Shown here one piece after another: positions 56,770-64,000 of a stretch of DNA of 64,000 nucleotides. A program made the translations under genes and the position numbers. The DNA lies in the NCBI GenBank assembly GCA_965221955.1, contig CBDCTA010000022.1:373734-437733 (forward strand). The letters are read 5' to 3'. Source of the DNA: Gammaproteobacteria bacterium (GTDB taxonomy: Bacteria > Pseudomonadota > Gammaproteobacteria > UBA4575). The notes beneath the pieces were generated by a model. The model was not told the DNA's origin, made no database searches, and was given only the letters and a program-made list of their open reading frames with translations. The first letter of the stretch is position 1; the number at the start of each line of letters is the position of its first letter.

Positions 56770-58770
56770 TTAGAGCCCGAACGGATAGGTGTCGGGCAAC
56801 GCTTCTAGCTCTTTTGTTTGGAAAGGATTTACGGCTTGAGTTTTATCGAACCAAATATATTCATCAAATTGCTTGGGTAAGACAGCATGAAAATAATGGC
56901 TCGCGAGCTCTGTTTCAGGTCGATAAATTACTCCAATTGCACGTTCCAGACGTGATTTCAGTAGTTCATTATGCACGTCTTGTGATTTTGGATTTTTTAA
57001 TGCTAACAAAAAGCCAGGTATATTGGTTTGATGGAATATTCTTTCATAACTTTTTTCAAGTGATGGCCTGACTTGTTTCACTTCCATAGGACCATCCCAA
57101 TCCGATGCCGCTGCAACGGTGCCAGTGTCTGTGCCAAACCCTATGTTATAACTTTCACAATTCAGTTCTTGTCGACACAAATAGCCAATATTGTATTCGC
57201 CACGCGTGAACATCTCTGTTGCGGATGCATCGCCAATATGAGAATTATGTGCCCAAACTATGCCTTTACTATTTTCTCCATAAAATTTTAGTAATGTTTG
57301 CAATGTTTCGAACATATGGCTATCACGTAAATTCCACGATGCACGAGAGCCATAATACATAATGCGATAATACCGCTCTGCATTTGCAACCAGTCTTGCG
57401 TTTTGTACGGTATCTAAAAATCGTTCGCCATCATGTTGAGTGTAATCACTGTGTTTGTGCAATATATCCGTCAACATTTGCACCACTTCTTCTTCGCATG
57501 ATTTATATGAACCTGAAATCGCTGCACGCCCATAGGTTGCAGGGTCTTTCTGCCAAGGGTTTAAACACCCATAACGCTCACGTGCAACTGCAGCACTCGC
57601 GGGATCAATCTCATCAAGGTAATCTAAAATAGATCGAATAGAATTAAAAAGGCTGTAAAGGTCAAGGCCGTGAAAAGCTACGCGTTGTTTTAGCTTTTTA
57701 TGCGTATTGTATTCACGCAACCAATCGACAAATTGTCTAACCGCTGTATTACGCCACATCCATACTGGAAATCGTGCGAAAGCAGTCCATTCTGAAGGTG
57801 GATATTCAAAATGCCTTACATAATGATCGATACGCGATGCATCCGGCCAATCTCCTTCAATGGCAATAAAATTAAATCCTTTCTTAGTAATGAGCTCGCG
57901 AGAGATGCGTTCACGCATACGATAAAACTCGTCTGTACCGTGCGAAGCTTCGCCAAGCAACACGACTCTTGCATCGCCAATTCGCTGCAGTAAAGGCTCA
58001 AGATTAGCTGTTTCGATAGAATCGAGTCTCTCCGCTACATTTTGTATTTCGTTTACTAATCTGCTTTTTTTATCTTCATGTTTAACTTTAGCCTTTTGCG
58101 TAAGAGCTAATTCTTCATTTTCTGCATCCCATCCTTCTTGACCAATTAGTGGTACAAAACGAACATCTGCAATATCTTCATATTCAAAATCACTTTCTCC
58201 AGTACGTGTGACTCGCACTAATTCTTGTGCACGTGGGTCGGTGCCAATTGGGATTACTAATCGACCTCCAATTTTTAATTGTTTCTTAAGTGATTCCGGA
58301 ACTTCGGGTCCGCCGGCTGCCACTACAATCGCATCATAAGGCGAATGTAGTGGCCATCCGCGTGTTCCATCTTCATGCAATACATGTACGTTTTCATAAC
58401 CAAGCTCTTGTAATGTAGTGTTTGCTTTTGCAGCAATTTGGCCAATTCTTTCTATGGTATAAACTTCGCTTGCAATTTCAGCAAGCACTGCAGCTGCATA
58501 TCCTGAGCCTGCACCAATTTCTAATACTTTTTCGTTACCTTTTAGTAATAATATTTCTGTCATCAGAGCGACAATATAAGGTTGAGAAATTGTCTGTCCT
58601 TCTCCTATAGGCAATGGTGTGTCTTCATACGCGAATTCTCGTAGTTCATCAGGCACAAATGCTTCGCGCGAAACGGTTCGCATTGCATTTAATACTAATT
58701 CAGAATGTATACCTCGCGCGGCAATATGATTTTCAACCATATTTTCACGAAGTTTGACAAAATCTGTCAT
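56770..58770 (-). CDS. pcm: Protein-L-isoaspartate O-methyltransferase fused to an erythromycin-esterase-like domain
   Basis: N-domain AYEDTPLPIGEGQTISQPY, LEIGAGSGY and VRFVPL. C-domain LLGEASHGT, EGDWPD, WNLRD, VWAHNSH and ERAIGVIY. Confidence 0.9.
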   Translation of the reverse strand: MTDFVKLRENMVENHIAARGIHSELVLNAMRTVSREAFVPDELREFAYEDTPLPIGEGQTISQPYIVALMTEILLLKGNEKVLEIGAGSGYAAAVLAEIASEVYTIERIGQIAAKANTTLQELGYENVHVLHEDGTRGWPLHSPYDAIVVAAGGPEVPESLKKQLKIGGRLVIPIGTDPRAQELVRVTRTGESDFEYEDIADVRFVPLIGQEGWDAENEELALTQKAKVKHEDKKSRLVNEIQNVAERLDSIETANLEPLLQRIGDARVVLLGEASHGTDEFYRMRERISRELITKKGFNFIAIEGDWPDASRIDHYVRHFEYPPSEWTAFARFPVWMWRNTAVRQFVDWLREYNTHKKLKQRVAFHGLDLYSLFNSIRSILDYLDEIDPASAAVARERYGCLNPWQKDPATYGRAAISGSYKSCEEEVVQMLTDILHKHSDYTQHDGERFLDTVQNARLVANAERYYRIMYYGSRASWNLRDSHMFETLQTLLKFYGENSKGIVWAHNSHIGDASATEMFTRGEYNIGYLCRQELNCESYNIGFGTDTGTVAAASDWDGPMEVKQVRPSLEKSYERIFHQTNIPGFLLALKNPKSQDVHNELLKSRLERAIGVIYRPETELASHYFHAVLPKQFDEYIWFDKTQAVNPFQTKELEALPDTYPFGL

Positions 58771-58829
58771 CAACACTTCCCTAGCATTATCGGAAAGGCA
58801 AAAGTTAAGTAATTAGATAACTTTTTGTG

Positions 58830-58843
58830 TTGATCTTTATCAA
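58830..58843. promoter_or_regulatory. FNR box (perfect) upstream of the pcm fusion
   Basis: TTGATCTTTATCAA. Confidence 0.88.
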
Positions 58844-58880
58844 CTCTATGAGGTTGTGAAAGAAAATATCCAGGCTATTT

Positions 58881-59192
58881 TTATTTTTCGGATTCGAACC
58901 TATATAAACGTTCTCTTAATCCCCCGATTTCCTCTAATAAATCCAGTGCTAAGGCAATGCCTGCTAAGTTTAAGCCTAAATCTCGCTCTAATCGCATTGC
59001 AGTATGTGCTTTTTGTAAGTTTGATCCGGTGAATCGCCATTGATGTTGCTCTTTCCCTATGGGGTCTAGTACACCTTCCTGAACCAATTCAATAATCCAC
59101 TCAGCATGACAGTTACAAACACGACACATATCGCTCATGGAGAGCTCTAGCTGTTCATCTAACACAGCCCCAGTAATAACGTTGTCTTGCAT
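58881..59192 (-). CDS. cbpM: Chaperone modulator CbpM
   Basis: ELVQEGVLDP...WRF...RLERDLGLNLAGIALALDLLEEI, directly after cbpA. Confidence 0.9.
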   Translation of the reverse strand: MQDNVITGAVLDEQLELSMSDMCRVCNCHAEWIIELVQEGVLDPIGKEQHQWRFTGSNLQKAHTAMRLERDLGLNLAGIALALDLLEEIGGLRERLYRFESEK

Positions 59193-59197
59193 ATTTT

Positions 59198-60148
59198 TTA
59201 CACTCCCAATTCAGCGCGTGGGTTAAACGCGAGCTCTTGTTCCATCTTGCGATATAACTGTTTTGCTTTTTCAGTATCTGCAGTAGGTAATTTAATTTGC
59301 AAAGTCACATAGATGTCTCCTGCAGGAGATCCGGGAATACCCTTACCTTTTAATCGTAATTTTCGGTTTGCTGCAGTATTTGGAGGAATTTTGAGATCCA
59401 GCTTGCCCGTAGGAGTTGGAATTTTTACATTGACACCAAGTGCCGCTTCCCAAGGTGCTACAGGTACATCCAAGTACACATCACGTCCTTCAACGTGATA
59501 GAGCATATGAGGCTTAAATTCGATTTCCAAATAAAGATCACCAGCTTCACCTCCTGAAACGCTTGAAGCACCTTGTCCCGCTAAACGAATTTTTTGGCCT
59601 TGTTTTACACCTTTTGGAATTTTTACAGATAGTTTGTGCTCTTTATTAACCACTCTACCCGTATTATCTAGAAAAGGAGTACGCAAATTAATCTCACGTG
59701 TTGCACCTGAGTATGAATCTTCGAGATCAATTAATACTTTGGCATGATGATCTTCGCCTCTTTGGCTAAACCCTGTATGTGCACGCCTACCTGCTGATGG
59801 GCCAAAGCCGTGACCAAATAACGTTTCAAAGAAATCACTAAAATCTGCACCACCAGCTTTTGCATACCCATCACCACTGAATTCAAATCCCGCATCCCAA
59901 TTTGGGGGCGGACGAAAATCTTGGCCTGCTTGCCAATTGGCACCCAACTGGTCATATGCAGCTCTTTTTTCTGGATCTTTGAGTACTTCGTAAGCTTCGC
60001 CTACTTCTTTAAACTTTTGTTCCGCATCCTTTTCTTTGCTGACATCAGGGTGGTATTTTCTAGCCAACTTCCGATAGGCGCGCTTGATTTCGTCCTGTTT
60101 AGCATCACGCTCCACGCCCATAATCTTGTAATAGTCTTTGTAATCCAT
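59198..60148 (-). CDS. cbpA: DnaJ-class co-chaperone CbpA (no zinc finger)
   Basis: MDYKDYYKIMGV...RKYHPD J-domain, G/F region DFSDFFETLFG and C-terminal PWEAALG. Confidence 0.92.
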   Translation of the reverse strand: MDYKDYYKIMGVERDAKQDEIKRAYRKLARKYHPDVSKEKDAEQKFKEVGEAYEVLKDPEKRAAYDQLGANWQAGQDFRPPPNWDAGFEFSGDGYAKAGGADFSDFFETLFGHGFGPSAGRRAHTGFSQRGEDHHAKVLIDLEDSYSGATREINLRTPFLDNTGRVVNKEHKLSVKIPKGVKQGQKIRLAGQGASSVSGGEAGDLYLEIEFKPHMLYHVEGRDVYLDVPVAPWEAALGVNVKIPTPTGKLDLKIPPNTAANRKLRLKGKGIPGSPAGDIYVTLQIKLPTADTEKAKQLYRKMEQELAFNPRAELGV

Positions 60149-60201
60149 AGCAAACAATATTTTATTTAGGTGAATATTGAAAGCATTCTACGCTAGGTGT
60201 A

Positions 60202-60215
60202 TTGACACATATCAA
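60202..60215. promoter_or_regulatory. FNR box (1 mismatch), bidirectional
   Basis: TTGACACATATCAA between divergent cbpA and the DUF2934-like gene. Confidence 0.8.
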
Positions 60216-60277
60216 AGCGTTTATAAGACATTTGTAACAAAATGACTGAACTAAAACTTCGTGTGCTGGAGTATGTT

Positions 60278-60466
60278 ATGCCAAACAAAACACAATTACG
60301 GAAAACACACGTTAAAAGCAAGGTAGTCTATGAACAGGATTACCAAGAAACACTAACGGATACTGCTCATTATAAAGCTGAGCAGTGCGGGTTTGTACCT
60401 GGCTATGCGCAAGAAGAATGGGTCGAAACAGAGAATGATATTCGTGCAATGCTTAAGCTGCATTAA
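60278..60466 (+). CDS. DUF2934-like small protein
   Basis: AHYKAEQCGFVPGYAQEEWVETENDI pattern. GGAG RBS favours ATG 60278. Confidence 0.7.
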   Translation: MPNKTQLRKTHVKSKVVYEQDYQETLTDTAHYKAEQCGFVPGYAQEEWVETENDIRAMLKLH

Positions 60467-60508
60467 GTGAATATTCATTCATAAATAATAAAAAAATAAT
60501 AAAAATTT

Positions 60509-61090
60509 ATGGAGAAGCGTGTCTTAATTATCCAGGGCCACCCTGATGGCTCAAAGCAACATTATTGCCACGCAATTTCTAATGCATACAAAAATGGCGC
60601 AAGAAATAATGGCTATGAGGTTAGGTTCATTAATATCGCCCAACTTAATTATCCTATCTTGCGCACTCAAGAAGAATTTGAAAGTGATGAACTCGTAAAC
60701 GACATTAAAAATTCCCAACAAGATATCCGCTGGGCTAATCATATCGTTATTATTTATCCATTATGGCTGGGTGGTATGCCAGCCTTGCTAAAAGGATTTT
60801 TTGAACAAACATTTCGCTATGGATTTGCTATTGGTCATGAAACCAAAAAAATGCCTAAAAAACTACTTAAAGGTAAATCCGCCCGAGTATTCGTCACCAT
60901 GGGTATGCCAGCATTTATATATAGATGGTTTTTTGGTGCTCATAGTCTAAAGAGTTTGCAAAAAAGTATTTTAGGTTTGGCAGGAATTAAACCTGTTAAA
61001 TATAATTTGATTGGGTTAGTAGACGCTAGTAATAATAGGCGTATGAAGTGGCTTAAGAAAATACAAGTTCTTGGTCAACAAGGAGTGTAA
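60509..61090 (+). CDS. Flavodoxin-like NAD(P)H:quinone oxidoreductase (KefF/MdaB family)
   Basis: IIQGHP, YPLWLGGMPALLKGFFE and LLKGKSARVFVTMG. Confidence 0.9.
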   Translation: MEKRVLIIQGHPDGSKQHYCHAISNAYKNGARNNGYEVRFINIAQLNYPILRTQEEFESDELVNDIKNSQQDIRWANHIVIIYPLWLGGMPALLKGFFEQTFRYGFAIGHETKKMPKKLLKGKSARVFVTMGMPAFIYRWFFGAHSLKSLQKSILGLAGIKPVKYNLIGLVDASNNRRMKWLKKIQVLGQQGV

Positions 61091-61132
61091 ACTTAACCTT
61101 TGTGTACGCAAAAATACTAATTCGTACAAGAC

Positions 61133-61879
61133 ATGCAAACTAATAACAATAAAGCCCTGCCTAGAAATGCTAAGGATCAGGTCACTCTCAGCACTAAAGC
61201 CTTAAGTAAAATCTATCAAACAGGAGATGTGAAAGTCCATGCACTACGCGATGTAGACCTTTCATTATATGAATCTGAATTAGTAGTTTTATTAGGGGCA
61301 TCCGGAAGTGGTAAATCTACATTAGTAAATATCATCGGCGGCTTGGACACGCCAACGTCTGGACAAGTATTTTTTTACCAAGATGACCTAACTGCTTATA
61401 ACGATCATCAACTTACTTTGTTTCGACGAGAAAACGTTGGCTTTGTATTCCAATTTTACAACTTAATACCCAGTTTAACTGCTCTTGAAAATGTTGCATT
61501 GGTTACAGAGATTTCTAAAGACCCTATGCGCCCAGATGACGCACTTGCGATAGTAGGTTTAACAGAGCGGGTTAATCATTTCCCAGCACAATTATCAGGC
61601 GGTGAGCAGCAGCGTGTCGCTATTGCACGTGCGATTGCCAAACGCCCATCTATTTTATTATGCGATGAGCCCACAGGTGCATTAGATAGTAAAACGGGGA
61701 TTTTAGTTTTAGAAGCCATTGAACGTGTTAACCAAGAGCTTGGTACAACTACCATCCTAATCACACATAATGCTGTCATTTCTGATATGGCGGATCGTGT
61801 TGTCACACTAGCCGATGGACAAATAAAGTCTATCAGTGAGAATTCTCAACGCTGCACACCTAAAGACCTCGTTTGGTAA
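61133..61879 (+). CDS. ABC transporter ATP-binding protein (LolD/MacB type)
   Basis: [43 protein letters not shown] and ITH. Confidence 0.93.
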   Translation: MQTNNNKALPRNAKDQVTLSTKALSKIYQTGDVKVHALRDVDLSLYESELVVLLGASGSGKSTLVNIIGGLDTPTSGQVFFYQDDLTAYNDHQLTLFRRENVGFVFQFYNLIPSLTALENVALVTEISKDPMRPDDALAIVGLTERVNHFPAQLSGGEQQRVAIARAIAKRPSILLCDEPTGALDSKTGILVLEAIERVNQELGTTTILITHNAVISDMADRVVTLADGQIKSISENSQRCTPKDLVW

Positions 61880-64000
61880 TGCATGCACTTGACCATAAAC
61901 TGATACGAGATTTATGGCGATTACGCGGGCAGGTGCTCGCCATAGGTTTAGTCATTGCTTCTGGTGTAGGCATACTGGTGATGTCTTTAAGCACCCTTGA
62001 ATCATTAAGGGATACTTCAAATGCATATTATGAGCGTTATCGCTTTGCTGATGTTTTTTCAGGGTTAGAGCGTGCGCCAATAGGTTTAAAAAATCGTATT
62101 GCGGATATTCCAGGCGTTCAAACAGTACAAACACGAATCGTAAAATTTGCGGTATTAAATATAGAAGGTTTTGAAGAGCCAGTAATTGGTCAATTAGTTT
62201 CAATCCCAGAGCGTGGTGAACCGTTGTTAAACCAACTTGCTTTACGAAATGGTCGATTCGTATCACCTGGCCGGGTTGATGAAGTAGTCATCAGTGAACC
62301 TTTTGCAGATGCACATGAATTAAAAAGTAGGCGATCATTTTGAAGCCATTATGAATGGTAATAAACGTAAGCTTGATGTAGTGGGTATCGCACTTGCGCC
62401 AGAGTTTGTTTATGCCATAGGGCCAGGCGCATTAATGCCAGATGAGAAACGTTTTGGAATTATATGGATGGGCCGCAAAGCGTTAGCCTCAGCTTATGAT
62501 CTTGATGGTGCATTTAATGACATATCATTGTCGTTGTTAGTCAATACCGGATCCAAAATTTGTCATAAAACACTTAGATCAGCTTACCAAAGATTATGGC
62601 AGTATTGGCGCAATCGCGCGTAAAGACCAAATTTCTAATTGGTTCTTAATGAATGAAATCGAACAAATGCGCACCATGAGCATGCTGTTACCGACTATCT
62701 TTTTAACTGTGGCAGCTTTTCTAACACAAATGGTGTTATCGAGATTAATTGCTACCGAACGCAGTGAAATTGGTTTGCTTAAAGCTTTTGGCTACACGCG
62801 TTTACAAGTAGCTTGGCATTATGCGCGGATGGTGATTGCCATTTCAGGCATTGGTATTTTATTAGGTTGGGTGCTTGGCACTTGGCTAGGTAGATACCAA
62901 ACTGGGCTTTATGCAGAACTTTACCGTTTTTCCGTTTCTTTATTTTAAGCCTAGCTTAACTACGTTTGGTATAAGTGCATTAGTCAGTGTATTGGCAGCA
63001 TTGGTAGGTTCTACTCGAGCCGTTTACAGTGCGGCAACCTTACCACCAGCGGAAGCCATGCTACCTCCTTCGCCTCCAGTGTTATAAGCGTCGCAAAAAT
63101 TTCATCACGCGTTTATTAGCTTGGCTCGACCAACCCACACGCATCATATTTAGACAACTTGCACGTTGGCCGATACGTTCAATGCTTACCAGCATAGGTG
63201 TTGCTTTTGCGGTGGCCGTTTTAGTCATGTCGCTTTCTTGGTTTGACTCAATCAGGCAAATTATTGATGTGTATTTTTTTGATGCACAACGTCAAGACAT
63301 CACTATTGGTCTCAGCAATGAGCAAGGTGATGAAATTGTTTATGAATTGGGACACCTTCCAGGTGTGCTAAGCGTAGAACCTTCTCGAATTGTAAGCACA
63401 GAATTCTATGCCAGTAACCGTAAGCACCGAGGTACCATACAAGGGGTTTCATCCTCCGCAATCCTTAATCCTGTTTATGACGTAGAACGGGGCATTGTCC
63501 CGATTTATTCTAATGGACTTTCACTAAATAGCATGTTGGCTGAAAAATTACAGGTTGCAGTGGGTGATTTAGTGCTAGTCAAAATTCTGCAAGAACGTAG
63601 GCCCGAAGTATTAATACCTGTCGTTGATATATTTGAATCCTATATTGGCATGCCTGCATACATGAATATTGATGCGCTTAACCGACTCATGAAAGTAGGG
63701 AAACAGGTTGAATTTTTAAATATGCTAGTGGATGAAAAATACGAATCTGAACTATTTGCTGAACTAAAAGAAATTCCTGATGTTGCCGCTGTAAGTTTGC
63801 GCCAAGCTGCCGTGGATACTTTCAATGACACGATGGCAGAAAATTTACTTATTTTCGTTACTTTATTTTCTAGTTTTGGATGCGCATTAGCGTTTGGGCT
63901 GGTTTATAACAGTACGCGCATAACGTTGTCAGAACGGGGTCGCGAGTTGGCCACTTTACGTGTGCTTGGATTTACCAGAGCTGAAATTTCGTACATTTTA
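61879..64000 (+). CDS. FtsX/MacB-type ABC permease, partial, with four +1 frameshifts
   Basis: One continuous protein (KLIRDLWRLRGQ...ERSEIGLLKAFGY...LPPAEAM...ERGRELATLRVLGF) is recovered by removing one base at each of about 62324, 62549, 62929 and 63082. Confidence 0.85.

Noticed and set aside
37577-58770. Antibiotic-resistance reading of the APH-like (37577-39172) and erythromycin-esterase-like (56770-58770) domains
   Set aside because: Both are fusion architectures typical of hypoxia/dormancy loci. Fold names alone do not support a resistance function.
696-63831. Many 60-135 aa ORFs in the track that lie antisense to, or out of frame within, long genes (e.g. 696-884, 9741-10091, 21173-21580, 50003-50386, 56697-57071)
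   Set aside because: They are shadows of well-supported genes and have no recognisable motifs.
13072-64000. Island as a mobile element or as the transmissible locus of stress tolerance (shares sHsp20, FtsH, cls and thioredoxin)
   Set aside because: No integrase, transposase, tRNA or flanking repeats were seen, there is no ClpG, gene order differs, and composition looks similar to the flanking core genes.
1-64000. CRISPR arrays, tRNA/rRNA genes, IS elements and prophage genes
   Set aside because: No regularly spaced repeats, cloverleaf or rRNA signatures, transposases or phage genes were recognised by eye.

Overview
AT-rich (by eye roughly 35-40% GC) bacterial chromosome segment, most likely from a marine gammaproteobacterium (E. 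coli-type aceE/aceF, 4-Cys FNR, CbpA/CbpM, a PEP-CTERM protein). Bases 1-13 kb hold metabolic genes: a partial patatin, aceE-aceF-ald (no lpdA), a YeiH-family exporter operon, phoX, a PEP-CTERM protein and an EEP-family protein. From about 13 kb to the window end the sequence reads as one physically clustered low-oxygen regulon. It carries a heme-PAS FixL, FixJ, an Asp-less FixT-like receiver and a [4Fe-4S]-type FNR. I found 8 perfect and about 11 near-perfect FNR boxes (TTGAT-N4-ATCAA) in front of most transcription units, several centred between divergent genes. The cargo looks like a dormancy/proteostasis kit rather than a respiratory one: Hsp20, several USPs, HPF-like protein, a probable accessory FtsH, rhomboid, CbpAM, a Pcm-esterase fusion, an APH/AAA protein, a P-type ATPase, a beta-CASP RNase, LOG and cardiolipin synthase. 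It also holds six paralogous periplasmic monoheme c-type cytochromes with no terminal oxidase or reductase in the window, several microproteins missed by the ORF track, and a persulfide-sensor module (DsrE2, FadL-like channel, TusA, periplasmic SCP2-like protein) that may handle hydrophobic sulfur. trxC and the terminal ABC permease are frameshifted, most likely through sequencing error. I saw no rRNA, tRNA, CRISPR array, integrase or IS element. Family assignments come from motif recognition only; no searches were run.
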